64,000 bases of DNA from an uncultured Alphaproteobacteria bacterium (GTDB taxonomy: Bacteria; Pseudomonadota; Alphaproteobacteria; Methylaequorales; Methylaequoraceae): NCBI GenBank assembly GCA_902595755.1, contig CACJRF010000006.1, positions 5,911-69,910 of the forward strand, written 5' to 3'. Of the stretch, positions 1 through 10,462 are shown piece by piece; position 1 is the first letter of the stretch, and each line of letters opens with the position of its first letter. The position numbers and the translations under genes are program-made. Below the pieces are notes generated by a model, which was not told where the DNA came from, made no database searches, and worked only from the letters and a program-made list of their open reading frames with translations.

Positions 1-294
1 AAGTCAGCTTTTTCAGCTAATAGTCAAGCAAAGATTTTAGCTACTAATTTAGTTAACAGAATATATGAAAAGGATATATTAAGTCCCGTATTCTTGAATA
101 CTTGTTACAGTTTTTCTTCCTCAAAGAGGGCCTTCTCGATAACATCTTGGTATAAACTTAATAAAAAAAAAACTAGAATAGTATCTTTGGGTAGCAGTAC
201 CACTAAGGTTGATGCTTTGTCTCATCAATATTACGATGAAACACGTCAAGCCTATGGTTGGTATGAAAATTTAGTGAAAACATTATATGGTTAA
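1..294 (+). CDS. soxF: Flavocytochrome c sulfide dehydrogenase flavoprotein (SoxF/FccB), C-terminal fragment, 5' truncated by window edge
   Basis: Frame 1 is open from base 1: KSAFSANSQAK...LNTCYS...AYGWYENLVKTLYG. This matches the FCSD C-terminal pattern (PKSAFSANSQAK, NTCYS, terminal W..). Confidence 0.75.
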   Translation, partial: KSAFSANSQAKILATNLVNRIYEKDILSPVFLNTCYSFSSSKRAFSITSWYKLNKKKTRIVSLGSSTTKVDALSHQYYDETRQAYGWYENLVKTLYG

Positions 295-298
295 ATAA

Positions 299-958
299 TT
301 ATAGTTTTTTCATAATTTTTTGAATTGTTGTATCTATATCTTTTTCCTTGAAAGCATTTTGCCCCCTTAACAGACTAGTCATCCCGATATTTAGCTGTTC
401 AATTTCAATTAATGTAGTTTCCATACCAAGCTTTTTTTTTTCATCATTAAGTGTATTAACAAGAGAGCATAAACAACTCTTACTTAAGCCAAAAGAATGA
501 TGGTATGCCTTACCTTTTTCAATTTTCTTATTTGTTAAAAAAATGACTTTTGTTTTTCTCTTTCCACCCATTATAGATTTTAATTCCTTAATGATTCTCC
601 AATAACAACTAAAGTTTATTTCCATATGATCATTCCAATCTCTATGTGATAAATCTGTAATAGATTTTAGTCCATTAAACTTTCCTATCAGATTTATCAT
701 CACATCAATGTGATTAAAGTGAGATGATACAGTTTTATAAAGCTCTAGGTAAAACTTTTCAGATAAAACATCTGAGTAAAATGGTATTATATTTTTATTT
801 CTAGATGAGTTAGATCTGGACAATTCCTTTACTTTTTTATCAGATTTACCGTGTACAATTAATTTTGCACCAGTATTTGCTAGAGTGGTTGTTAAATATT
901 GGCCTATAAAACCTGTTGCACCAAAAATTATAATATTTTTTTGACTAAGATCCTCCAT
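299..958 (-). CDS. Short-chain dehydrogenase/reductase family protein (atypical active site)
   Basis: Rossmann motif GATGFIG; YxxxK appears as FGLSK; occupies the usual SDR slot downstream of purF. Confidence 0.75.
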   Translation of the reverse strand: MEDLSQKNIIIFGATGFIGQYLTTTLANTGAKLIVHGKSDKKVKELSRSNSSRNKNIIPFYSDVLSEKFYLELYKTVSSHFNHIDVMINLIGKFNGLKSITDLSHRDWNDHMEINFSCYWRIIKELKSIMGGKRKTKVIFLTNKKIEKGKAYHHSFGLSKSCLCSLVNTLNDEKKKLGMETTLIEIEQLNIGMTSLLRGQNAFKEKDIDTTIQKIMKKL

Positions 959-963
959 AATTA

Positions 964-2421
964 TTATTTACTTTCAATTAACAAAGATAATTGAGATGAA
1001 AATACACCTGATTTTTGATCAACTAATTCCACTGGATAGTCACCACTAAAATAATGATCAGTGTATTCAGGTTTTTTTGAATTTCTTCCATTTTTATGAC
1101 CTAGAGCTTTATATACGCCATCTAAAGAAATAAATTTGAGTGTATCAACTCCTATAAAATTTCTGATTTCCTCTAGCGAATATTTAGATGCCAATAACTC
1201 TTCTTTGTTCGGGGTATCAATTCCATAGAAACAAGGATACATTACAGGAGGACTGGCTATTCTCATATGAATTTTCTTTACTCCACAATTTTTTAACATC
1301 TCGACAATTTTTACAGATGTTGTTCCACGAACTATTGAATCATCGATCAATGCTATATTCTTATTCCTTAAAGAATTTAGGTTTGGATTATGTTTTAGTT
1401 TAACGGACAGATCTCTAATTGTATTACTTTCTTGAATAAATGTTCTACCTGTATAGTGATTTCTAATAATTCCTAGATCAAAATTTCGCCCAATTTTTTC
1501 TGCGTATCCAAGTGCAGAGGCATTCCCAGAATCTGGTATGGGTATAACAACATCAATTTTTTCTTTATCATCCAAATTTTCTTTGGCTAACTCATGGCCA
1601 ATTTTTTTCCTTACCTCATAAACATTCCTTCCATCTAGAATGCTATCTGGTCGAGCAAAATATATATATTCAAATAAACATGGTCTAAGGTAAGATCTTG
1701 AAAAAGGTTTAATAGATTCTAATTTATTATTTTTGATAATAACAATTTCTCCAGGTTCAACATCACGAATAAGTTTAGCACCAATTATATCTAAACCGCA
1801 GCTCTCCGAACTAAATATATAAGAGTCATTTAGTTTGCCTATTACCAAAGGACGTATGCCAACTGGGTCTCTTACAGCAATAAGTGCATCTTTAGACATT
1901 AGTAAAAGAGAATATGCACCTTTTATTGAATGTAACGAATAGATAAGTCTATCGATAAGGTCACCCTTTGATCGTGAAATTAGATGTAGAATAACTTCAG
2001 TATCTGATGTAGATTGAAAAATTGCCCCATCTTTAATAAATTCCTCTCTTAAAAAATTTGTATTAGTTAAATTTCCATTATGAGCTATGGCTATACCACC
2101 AATATTAAGTTCTGAAAATAATGGTTGAACATTTTTAAGCGCTGATTCACCAGTTGTTCCATATCTATTATGGCCAATTGATAATTCACCTTTAAGATGA
2201 TTAAAAACTTTCTTATCAGAAAAAACTTCAGATACTTGTCCCATACCTCTATGGGCAAAAAAGTTGATATTATCTGTTGTGACGACACCTGTTGAATCTT
2301 GTCCTCTGTGTTGGAGCGCATGAAGACCTAAAGCCACAAGCTGGGCTGCATTAGAGTTTCTTGAAACACCAAAAATTGCACATTCATCTCTTGGCTTTTT
2401 ATCTGAAAAAATTATTTTCAT
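964..2421 (-). CDS. purF: Amidophosphoribosyltransferase
   Basis: ECAIFG Ntn cysteine, LQHRGQD, AHNGNL, DDSIVRGTT PRPP motif, PCFYGID. Confidence 0.98.
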   Translation of the reverse strand: MKIIFSDKKPRDECAIFGVSRNSNAAQLVALGLHALQHRGQDSTGVVTTDNINFFAHRGMGQVSEVFSDKKVFNHLKGELSIGHNRYGTTGESALKNVQPLFSELNIGGIAIAHNGNLTNTNFLREEFIKDGAIFQSTSDTEVILHLISRSKGDLIDRLIYSLHSIKGAYSLLLMSKDALIAVRDPVGIRPLVIGKLNDSYIFSSESCGLDIIGAKLIRDVEPGEIVIIKNNKLESIKPFSRSYLRPCLFEYIYFARPDSILDGRNVYEVRKKIGHELAKENLDDKEKIDVVIPIPDSGNASALGYAEKIGRNFDLGIIRNHYTGRTFIQESNTIRDLSVKLKHNPNLNSLRNKNIALIDDSIVRGTTSVKIVEMLKNCGVKKIHMRIASPPVMYPCFYGIDTPNKEELLASKYSLEEIRNFIGVDTLKFISLDGVYKALGHKNGRNSKKPEYTDHYFSGDYPVELVDQKSGVFSSQLSLLIESK

Positions 2422-2422
2422 A

Positions 2423-3052
2423 TCAGTCTAAGTTATTATTAATTATATTCTCAAGATCTTTTTTATTTTTTTCATTATAAGAGTTATCCATATCTTTTTC
2501 TCTAAATTTTAATTTTGAATCGATACTTTTTTTAAATAAAAAATTTGATTTTTGTTCAATTTCTTTTCTCAATTTTTTAGAATATTCGTTATCTACTTGC
2601 ATGATATTAAAAATTTCTTTATTTGAAATTTTAATAATTGGGACTAACTTTGAACTATCTAAAAAAATAGGTTTTGAACCACTGTAAAAGTAGTCGAAAC
2701 AAAAATAACAAAAACAAACTAATAAATAACCTCTTAATAAACCATAGAAAAAACCTAGGCTTCTATCTAAAAGGCCAGCAAAAGAATTTTTAATCAATGA
2801 AGAAACATTTTTAGTAAGATACGAAAAAATTATAAGAAGAAGAATAAATGAAAAAACATATGAAACTAAAGTAGATATTAGAAAATTGTCCAGAAATTGA
2901 TTTATTTGATTGGAAGCTAAGCCTCCATATAGGTACGAAATACCAATAGAAAAGATCCATCCAGAAAGAGAAAGAATTTCTAATGAAAGGCCTCGTATGA
3001 AAGCAAAAAAGGCAGAAATAAATATTAAAATTATGATTATTAGGTCAAGCAT
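2423..3052 (-). CDS. cvpA: CvpA family membrane protein
   Basis: MLDLIIIILIFISAFFAFIRGL...LDRSLGFFYGLLRG; immediately upstream of purF. Confidence 0.9.
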   Translation of the reverse strand: MLDLIIIILIFISAFFAFIRGLSLEILSLSGWIFSIGISYLYGGLASNQINQFLDNFLISTLVSYVFSFILLLIIFSYLTKNVSSLIKNSFAGLLDRSLGFFYGLLRGYLLVCFCYFCFDYFYSGSKPIFLDSSKLVPIIKISNKEIFNIMQVDNEYSKKLRKEIEQKSNFLFKKSIDSKLKFREKDMDNSYNEKNKKDLENIINNNLD

Positions 3053-3060
3053 TTATAATT

Positions 3061-3774
3061 TCAAAGAGCTCCATCTATAAAATTTTTTAAGTTTTTATTT
3101 TTAGTATCATATATTTTTTTAGCATCTCCATACCATTCTATTTTACCACTTCTTAAGAAGGCAACCTTTTCTCCATATTCATTTACACTTGTCATATCAT
3201 GGGTGATAGTTACTGCTGTAATCTTTTTTTTCTCAACAATATTTTTAATTAAAATATTGATCTGATTTGAGATGAGTGGGTCAAGCCCAGTTGTTGGTTC
3301 ATCTAATATCAATATTTCTGGCTCTTTTAAAATTGCTCTTGCTAATCCAACTCTTTTTTGATCACCAACAGAGATCTCTGAGGGAAATTTTTTTAAGATT
3401 TTTTTTGTCAAATTAATCTCATTTAAAATTTCTGACAAATTAATATTTTTATCAGTAAACTTTAAGTTTTCCTCAACACTCAAACTATCCAACAATGCAG
3501 AATTTTGAAATAAAATTCCAAATTTCGATATATGTTCATTTAGAGACTTTGATGACATCCTCATAACATCCTTTGAATCATCAGTTAGAATCTTACCTTT
3601 TTCAAATTCTGTCAATCCTGTTATGCACCTTGCTAAAACTGACTTACCTGAGCCAGATTCACCAATTATTGACAAAGATTCAGACTCGTAAATATTTAGA
3701 TCTAGATCTTTAAGGACAAATCTTTTTTCAAAATTTTTTGATAATTTCTTAATTTCTATTTTTAGTTTTCTCAT
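3061..3774 (-). CDS. mlaF: ABC transporter ATP-binding protein, MlaF/Mkl type
   Basis: Walker A GESGSGKS, LFQNSALLDSL, ILDEPTTGLDP, THD; overlaps mlaE. Confidence 0.88.
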   Translation of the reverse strand: MRKLKIEIKKLSKNFEKRFVLKDLDLNIYESESLSIIGESGSGKSVLARCITGLTEFEKGKILTDDSKDVMRMSSKSLNEHISKFGILFQNSALLDSLSVEENLKFTDKNINLSEILNEINLTKKILKKFPSEISVGDQKRVGLARAILKEPEILILDEPTTGLDPLISNQINILIKNIVEKKKITAVTITHDMTSVNEYGEKVAFLRSGKIEWYGDAKKIYDTKNKNLKNFIDGAL

Positions 3775-4568
3775 AACTTAAAAAAAAGCGAAGTTATTAT
3801 ATAATTCATTAATAAAATTAAGATTGAAGATGATACAACAGAATATGTAGTAGACTGTCCAACACCTTGTGCTCCCCCTTTAGTGTTAAATCCAAAGTAA
3901 CAACCAATAAAGGTTATAATAAAACCAAAGACTGCTGCTTTTACAAGTCCAGAAAATATATCAATAAATTCCACAAAATTATAAGTATTTTGTAAGTATA
4001 CCGATGGGTTAAAATTTAGTAGATTTACACAAATCAAATATCCTCCTAACACACCAATTATATCGCCAATTAAAACAAGAAATGGAAGTGATATTATACC
4101 AGCAATTACTCTTGGTGTTACTAGGTATGAAAAAGGATTTGTTGACAAAGTTTTAAGAGCATCGATTTGTTCAGTTACTTTCATAGTTCCTATTTCCGCG
4201 GCAATAGCAGCACCAGCTCGACCTGCAACCATTAATCCAGCTAATACAGGTGCGAGTTCTCTTGTAATTGACAACACTACTACGTTAGGAATGGCACTTT
4301 CTGCAGAAAACCTTGAAAAACCTGTATATGATTGTAAAGCTAATACCATACCAGTAAAAATTGCTGTTAGACCTACAACAGGTAAGGAATTAAAGCCAAT
4401 TTTAACAATTTGATTAAAGAAAAGCCTAGGATAAAATTTATCAGTTAATAAATTTTTAATAAATAGAAGAAAAAAGAAGAAAACGTCTCCTATATCGTAA
4501 AAGAAATTGAAAACATAACTACCTATTTTCCTAAAAACTTTTTGAAATACTAAAAGATTAAACTTCAT
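3771..4568 (-). CDS. mlaE: MlaE family ABC permease
   Basis: RELAPVLAGLMVAGRAGAAIAAEIGTMKVTEQIDAL, GGAQGVG. Confidence 0.93.
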   Translation of the reverse strand: MKFNLLVFQKVFRKIGSYVFNFFYDIGDVFFFFLLFIKNLLTDKFYPRLFFNQIVKIGFNSLPVVGLTAIFTGMVLALQSYTGFSRFSAESAIPNVVVLSITRELAPVLAGLMVAGRAGAAIAAEIGTMKVTEQIDALKTLSTNPFSYLVTPRVIAGIISLPFLVLIGDIIGVLGGYLICVNLLNFNPSVYLQNTYNFVEFIDIFSGLVKAAVFGFIITFIGCYFGFNTKGGAQGVGQSTTYSVVSSSILILLMNYIITSLFFKL

Positions 4569-4570
4569 GT

Positions 4571-5668
4571 TTAACCAATATATTGTTTTTTGGCTCTACT
4601 ACAAATATTTATTAAAATTTCATAAGGTATAGTCTGTGACTTTCTAGATATTTCTTTAATGTTTATATTTTCCCCAATAAATTCAACCCAATCTCCAACC
4701 TTAATTTGACCAACACCTAACTTTGAAATATCAACTATAGTATAGTCCATTGAAATTGTGCCTATAATGGAAAGTCTTTTCTTAAAAAAAACTTCGGCTT
4801 TATTACTTAGTAGTCTTGGATAACCATCGGCATAACCTAAACCCAAGATAGCAATCCTTTTAAAACCTGTTGATTTAAAAGTAGAATTATATCCAAAGTG
4901 ATTTAAGTTCTCCTCAGCTTTCGCAATTTGTAAAACTCTTGCATATAAGCCAAAAGATTGTTTGAATTTATTTGATGTAACTCCAAAAATATTTCCACCT
5001 GAACGTACCATGTCATAATTCAACGATTTATCGTTAATGATGGCGTTTGAGTTGGAAATACTGAAAATCGCATTTGGAAAATTTTTAGTTATCTCATCAA
5101 ACTTTTTTTTTTGTTCTTTATTTAGTATTGTTTTTTCGTCCGAGGCAATTAGGTGACTCATTACACATTTAACTTTTATATCATTTTGTTTACAAATATT
5201 TTTAATTTGTACTAATTCATTTTGTCGAATTCCAAGCCTATTTATTCCTGTATCAAAATGTAAAGATATTTCAATGCAATCACCACGACTTCTTTTTAAT
5301 TTAATAAGTTTTTCTAATTCTTCTAAAGAATTGATAACAGGGGTAATATTTTTATCCAAAACCTCTTTTATTTCATTATGGTTAATATTTATTAAACCAT
5401 TAAGTAAATAAATATCAGAATTTCCACATATTTTCCTTAAATGTAGTGTCTCTTTTATTGAATTTAAAAAAAAAGAGTTACAACCTATATCAATAAGTTT
5501 GGTTGCTATATATGAAAGTCCAAGGCCATATGCATTTGATTTCAGGACAGCACTAACAGTGGAGGTTTTAGCGATATTTTTTTGAATTTTTTTATAATTT
5601 AAACTAATTGTATTAAGATTTATCTTAAGTAAACAATTTTCATTAATAATAAAGTTTTTTGTGTCCAT
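4571..5668 (-). CDS. alr: Alanine racemase
   Basis: AVLKSNAYG (PLP lysine), DTGINRLG, GYADGYPR, ISMD, TIPYEIL. Confidence 0.93.
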   Translation of the reverse strand: MDTKNFIINENCLLKINLNTISLNYKKIQKNIAKTSTVSAVLKSNAYGLGLSYIATKLIDIGCNSFFLNSIKETLHLRKICGNSDIYLLNGLININHNEIKEVLDKNITPVINSLEELEKLIKLKRSRGDCIEISLHFDTGINRLGIRQNELVQIKNICKQNDIKVKCVMSHLIASDEKTILNKEQKKKFDEITKNFPNAIFSISNSNAIINDKSLNYDMVRSGGNIFGVTSNKFKQSFGLYARVLQIAKAEENLNHFGYNSTFKSTGFKRIAILGLGYADGYPRLLSNKAEVFFKKRLSIIGTISMDYTIVDISKLGVGQIKVGDWVEFIGENINIKEISRKSQTIPYEILINICSRAKKQYIG

Positions 5669-5677
5669 TTTTTTTTA

Positions 5678-7138
5678 CTAAAACGATGTTTCTGCTAAAT
5701 CAGAAAACTTAGTAATAGTAGGGTTGAAATAAAGTCTCACTTTTGAGATTGGCCCATGTCTATTTTTAGCAATTATTGCTTCTGCAACATTATGTACTTT
5801 TTCCATCTTACTAGTCCATACTTCATGTTTATCTGTTCCTTCTGAAGGTTCTGTTCTTGCAAGGTAATACTCTTCTCTATAAAGAAATACAACCAAATCT
5901 GCATCTTGTTCTATAGAACCAGATTCTCTTAAATCAGCTAATTGTGGCCTCTTTTCTTCTCTATCTTCAACTTTTCTAGATAATTGTGATAATGCTATTA
6001 CAGGAACATCTAATTCTTTTGCTATAGCTTTTAATCCTCTGGTAATCTCTGATATTTCTTGTACTCTACTATCATTGTATCGACTATCACTTGATACAAG
6101 CTGAAGATAATCAAGCACGATTAGATCTAGACCATGTTTTCTTTTCATTCTTCTAGCTCTAGTTCTTATAGAAGAAATAGTAAGTGCCGGAGTATCATCA
6201 ATAAATAAGTTTAGGTCTTTAAGATTTTCACTACCTTTAATTAACTTATTGAAATCATTCTTTGATAAATTTCCTGTCCTTATATTTTCTGATGAAAGAC
6301 CTGCAATTTCTGAGATAATCCTAGTTGCCAGTTGTTCAGAGGACATTTCTAGTGAAAAAAAAATGACATTTTTTTCTTTTTTTTTATCTTTTAAATCTTT
6401 AGTAATGTTGTAAGCAAGATTAGTTGCAAATGCTGTTTTTCCCATGGAAGGCCTACCTGCAACAATTATTAAGTCAGATTTATGTAAACCTCCAATCTTT
6501 TTATCAAAGTCAGTAAGTCCAGTTCTTAAACCAATAACTTCCTCACTTTTCTTAAAAGCTTTTTCAGCATAATCCATTGTATTTATTAAAATATCTTCGA
6601 ATGTTCTTGGACCTTTTGAGATACTATCATCATTCGATAATTCAAAAAGTTCTTTCTCCGTTTGTTCTATGATTTTAAGAGCCTTATCTTCATTATTTAT
6701 GTTGTAGCAATCATTAATGAGTTCTGTACCGACATTGATTAACTTTCTTCTTATGAATAAATCGTAAATAAGTTCACCGTATTGTTTTGCGTTAACAATA
6801 CTTAGACTATTTTCACAAAGTTTAAGTAAATAATCTAATCCACCATTTTTCTTAAAATCCTCATCATTTTCTAAAAATATTTTAAGAGTATTAATATCTG
6901 CTATCTGATCATTAGAAATTATTCTTCTTAATGCTTCAAATATTATTTTATTAATTTTAGTTGAGAAAAAGTCAGATCTTAAAAAATTTTCAATTTTTTC
7001 GAATGCTAAGTTATTCGATATAATTGCTCCTAATAAAGCTTGTTCTGCTCCAAGGTTCATGGGTGCTTCTCTTGAAAGACTCAAATTTTTTGATGTATTT
7101 ACGGTGACGATTTTGTTGTTAGGATTTTGATTAGACAT
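5678..7138 (-). CDS. dnaB: Replicative DNA helicase
   Basis: AEQALLGAII, AGRPSMGKT, FSLEMS, DYLQL, LSQLSR, DLRESGSIEQDAD, KNRHGP. Confidence 0.98.
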   Translation of the reverse strand: MSNQNPNNKIVTVNTSKNLSLSREAPMNLGAEQALLGAIISNNLAFEKIENFLRSDFFSTKINKIIFEALRRIISNDQIADINTLKIFLENDEDFKKNGGLDYLLKLCENSLSIVNAKQYGELIYDLFIRRKLINVGTELINDCYNINNEDKALKIIEQTEKELFELSNDDSISKGPRTFEDILINTMDYAEKAFKKSEEVIGLRTGLTDFDKKIGGLHKSDLIIVAGRPSMGKTAFATNLAYNITKDLKDKKKEKNVIFFSLEMSSEQLATRIISEIAGLSSENIRTGNLSKNDFNKLIKGSENLKDLNLFIDDTPALTISSIRTRARRMKRKHGLDLIVLDYLQLVSSDSRYNDSRVQEISEITRGLKAIAKELDVPVIALSQLSRKVEDREEKRPQLADLRESGSIEQDADLVVFLYREEYYLARTEPSEGTDKHEVWTSKMEKVHNVAEAIIAKNRHGPISKVRLYFNPTITKFSDLAETSF

Positions 7139-7213
7139 TATTAAAGTATACTGCCATAAAAATTAAAAGCAGTATTTTTCTGATTGTTAATTAAGTGGAT
7201 AATGTGTAAAACT

Positions 7214-8170
7214 TTAAAAATTTCTGTAATAAAGGGTTATTAAATAAAGAATGTAGGATACTAAAAAAATAATTGATATTTTTTTGTTTATAGTTATTTT
7301 TTTTAACAAACATATTGAAAATATAAATATTATGATAGTTAAAATTAATACATCATTTTTTAAAATGTAGTAATTATAACCAAAAAATTTAAATAATGAT
7401 GATAATCCTAGTATAAATAATAAGTTATAAATATTTGATCCAATAATATTACCAAAAATTATTTGGTTATTACCTCGTTTAGCTGCTGATATTGAAGTAA
7501 CTAATTCAGGGAGTGATGTGCCAATGGCAATAAGAGATAATCCAATGAAAGAATCAGGTATTTTAAGTTCTTTAGATATCTGCACAGCAGAATTAACTGC
7601 TAGGTCAACACCAAATAGAGTTAAAGATATAGAAATTATAAGTATCGGCAGACTAAATAAAAATGGTTTTCTAAAAGTGAAATTTGAAAAATAATCCATT
7701 TCATTAGTGGTATTAATCTGCTTTTTATCTTTTGAAAACTTAAGGCTAAAAATAATATAAATCAAAAAAAATACGATAAATAACATTCCAAATTTCTTAC
7801 CGAATGTTGAAAAATTGAAGATTAAGAAAAAAATTACATGCATGCTTAAGTGAAAAAAAATATCAAAAGATGCTATACTCTTTATTTTTATGTTATTAAC
7901 AAAGCCTAGGGTGGAAAATACTAATAGAATATTTGCTATATTGGACCCTAATATATTCCCCACAGATAAATTGGCAGAATTGCTCAATACAGCTTCAATA
8001 GAAACCAAAAGTTCTGGAATAGACGTACCAAATCCTACTATTACAAGTCCTACAAAGAAGTCTGAAACCTTTAGCTTTAGTCCTAAACCAACCGAAGATG
8101 AAATTAGGATGTCAGCACCTTTTATTGCGAGGAATAGACCTAATATTAGTTTAAGTATTTCTAGAAGCAT
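7214..8170 (-). CDS. Calcium/sodium antiporter (CaCA, YrbG-like)
   Basis: Two alpha repeats GTSIPEL and GTSLPEL, each followed by GNI(L/I)GSNI. Confidence 0.9.
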   Translation of the reverse strand: MLLEILKLILGLFLAIKGADILISSSVGLGLKLKVSDFFVGLVIVGFGTSIPELLVSIEAVLSNSANLSVGNILGSNIANILLVFSTLGFVNNIKIKSIASFDIFFHLSMHVIFFLIFNFSTFGKKFGMLFIVFFLIYIIFSLKFSKDKKQINTTNEMDYFSNFTFRKPFLFSLPILIISISLTLFGVDLAVNSAVQISKELKIPDSFIGLSLIAIGTSLPELVTSISAAKRGNNQIIFGNIIGSNIYNLLFILGLSSLFKFFGYNYYILKNDVLILTIIIFIFSICLLKKITINKKISIIFLVSYILYLITLYYRNF

Positions 8171-8181
8171 TTAGGCAATTT

Positions 8182-8832
8182 TCATTGCTGTGGATCATTA
8201 TCTTCTTTTATAATCTGAGTTGAGTCATCTTTATCATCACTATTTTTTGGACTTATCTGCTGAGATTCTTTTTTATTTTCAATAACTTCAGATTCAGGTG
8301 TGGCAGTTTTTTTATCAAGTTCATTTTTTTCACTTTGTTTAGATTCTTTCGGTTTGTTAAGTTCATCTTTTTGCTTGGTCGCATTTTCTTCTGATGTAGC
8401 AACGTTAATTTTTAGATTACATGTAACCTCTGCATGGAGTTTTATATTAATGTCGTAGATACCGATTTTTTTTATTGAAGTATAGAGATTTATACTTGAA
8501 GGCTTGATATCAACTTTTTGTTCTGCAAAGTAGTTTGAAATATCTTTCGGAGATACAGATCCATAGAGTTGACCATTATCACTTGCATTTCTGATAAAAA
8601 TAATATCTTTATTTTCAATTTTCTTTAAGACTAAATTTGCTTCATCAACTGCTTTCTTACTCTTTTCTAATAGGTCACTCTTAATTCTTGCAAAATAGTC
8701 TTTATTGGTTTCATTTGCCCTAAGTGCTTTTTTTTGAGGAATTAAAAAATTTCTTGCAAACCCGTCTTTAACTTTAACGACATCACCGATTTTTCCTAGT
8801 CTATCGAATGTTTCTAATAAAATGACTTCCAT
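8182..8832 (-). CDS. rplI: 50S ribosomal protein L9 with charged C-terminal tail
   Basis: MEVILLE...GDVVKVKDGFARNFLIP, LYGSV, LHAEV. Confidence 0.97.
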   Translation of the reverse strand: MEVILLETFDRLGKIGDVVKVKDGFARNFLIPQKKALRANETNKDYFARIKSDLLEKSKKAVDEANLVLKKIENKDIIFIRNASDNGQLYGSVSPKDISNYFAEQKVDIKPSSINLYTSIKKIGIYDINIKLHAEVTCNLKINVATSEENATKQKDELNKPKESKQSEKNELDKKTATPESEVIENKKESQQISPKNSDDKDDSTQIIKEDNDPQQ

Positions 8833-8834
8833 AT

Positions 8835-9770
8835 TTAAATCCTAAATAATAGTTTTTTAATATTCTTGTATAATCCAATCAAAAATATAATCAGTAACAG
8901 AACATACCCTAAAAATATAAAAAGTAAAAATATTATTAAAAATTTTATAGACGAGCTTATTTCAAATTTTTCAAAATATGTTTGAAGATTTTGGTAGCCT
9001 TCAGCTATATAACCTGAACTTAGAAAGATGAGTATATTTACAGATAATATTTCAATTCCTTCGAAATTAAGTAATTTAAGAATAATAAAAAATAAAAATA
9101 TATAAGTATAGGATTTTTCGAGAGAAATATTTTTAAAAGAAAAAGAATAATTTTGTATAAACTTTAATGATTTACAAATCATTGTTGCTAATCTGAAATT
9201 TACAATGAATACCGAAATTATAACTAAAAAATTTACTGAAGGTAAAATATTTACTATAAGTGTTGATATTTCTGAAAAAGTATCTCCAGAGTAATATAAC
9301 GATTTTGGATTAAATTTTCTAAGTATCTCTGATAAACTCTCTATCATAGCTGAGTGATCAAGATTCCTGTAATAAAATAAGATAAATACACTTAAAATAA
9401 AACCTAAAATTAGAATTAATCTTGAGAAAATAATCCCATTCATGTGATTTTCATTTTTTTTAAGATGGTTTAAAAATGTGAAACTTAATGCAACAATTGA
9501 GACGAAAGAAAGAAAAATTAAATCTTTATAATTAATAAATTCAAAGATGCTAAAATTTTTAATAAGGGTGAGAATTATTGCAGATAAAACAACGCTATTA
9601 ATAATTTGTCTTTGGGTAAGAATAATACATAAAAATAAAATTGGAAGGTGTGAAAAAAAAAAAAAGAACTGTGTTGATATTCTTAAAAGAATGATCTCAG
9701 TTAAAATAAAAAAGAGTGAGGAATATAAAACTAAGCTAATTTGATTATTATTTTCTTTCGAAAACTTCAT
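8835..9770 (-). CDS. Multi-pass membrane protein (DUF2232/YybS-like position)
   Basis: Hydrophobic 311-aa ORF between rpsR and rplI, overlapping the rpsR stop; family call rests on synteny only. Confidence 0.55.
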   Translation of the reverse strand: MKFSKENNNQISLVLYSSLFFILTEIILLRISTQFFFFFSHLPILFLCIILTQRQIINSVVLSAIILTLIKNFSIFEFINYKDLIFLSFVSIVALSFTFLNHLKKNENHMNGIIFSRLILILGFILSVFILFYYRNLDHSAMIESLSEILRKFNPKSLYYSGDTFSEISTLIVNILPSVNFLVIISVFIVNFRLATMICKSLKFIQNYSFSFKNISLEKSYTYIFLFFIILKLLNFEGIEILSVNILIFLSSGYIAEGYQNLQTYFEKFEISSSIKFLIIFLLFIFLGYVLLLIIFLIGLYKNIKKLLFRI

Positions 9771-10015
9771 TGTCTTGAAACGTACGGTAGCAGTGCTAAA
9801 AATCTTGCTCTTTTGATTGCTACAGATAACTCCTTTTGTTTTTTAGTTGAAACTTGTGTAACTCTACTTGGAAGAATTTTACCCTTTTCAGTCATATATC
9901 TTCGGAGTAGATTAATATTTTTATAATCAACAATTGGAGCATCCTTACCTGAGAGTGGGCAACTCTTAGTAAAAAATAATTTAGAAGATGTGTTGTCGAA
10001 GACCTTATTTCTCAT
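9767..10015 (-). CDS. rpsR: 30S ribosomal protein S18
   Basis: [25 protein letters not shown]...[13 protein letters not shown]. Confidence 0.98.
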   Translation of the reverse strand: MRNKVFDNTSSKLFFTKSCPLSGKDAPIVDYKNINLLRRYMTEKGKILPSRVTQVSTKKQKELSVAIKRARFLALLPYVSRQ

Positions 10016-10031
10016 TTGTTAGCTCCATTGA

Positions 10032-10352
10032 TTATTTTTGTTCTGTCAAAAGCGATTGATCTTTGCTTATGGATTTAATTTTTAAATTAAAGAATCTAAT
10101 AAAATTTACATCCTGTCTTACCTTGGTATCAAATTCCTTAAAAATTTTAGGGTCACATTCGCAATTAATCATGTAGTAGTACCCCTTCGAATTTTTTTTT
10201 ATTTTGTAGGCTAAATCCCGAAGTCCCCAAAATTCAGTTTTAAGGATTTTACCTCCAGTATCTTTAATTTTTTTGATCAAATCATCATAATAGTCGTCTG
10301 CAGATTTTTTAGATAACTGACCACTTATAATAAAAACATTCTCGTATAACAT
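10032..10352 (-). CDS. rpsF: 30S ribosomal protein S6
   Basis: LYENVFII...EFWGLRDLAYKIKKNSKGYY. Confidence 0.97.
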   Translation of the reverse strand: MLYENVFIISGQLSKKSADDYYDDLIKKIKDTGGKILKTEFWGLRDLAYKIKKNSKGYYYMINCECDPKIFKEFDTKVRQDVNFIRFFNLKIKSISKDQSLLTEQK

Positions 10353-10462
10353 TTTAATCCTTTCGGTTAAACTTTTAACAGTTTAGCTATTTTTAAATAG
10401 CAAGGTTTTAAAATTAGGTTTATAACATTATTAAATAATTTTTAAAGAGATAATTTATAAAA

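Noticed and set aside
7148-7175. ATACTGC/GCAGTAT hairpin upstream of dnaB
   Set aside because: 7-bp stem, 14-nt loop and no convincing U-tract; too weak to call a terminator or regulator.
8182-8380. Long charged C-terminal tail on L9
   Set aside because: Such tails are common in alphaproteobacterial L9.
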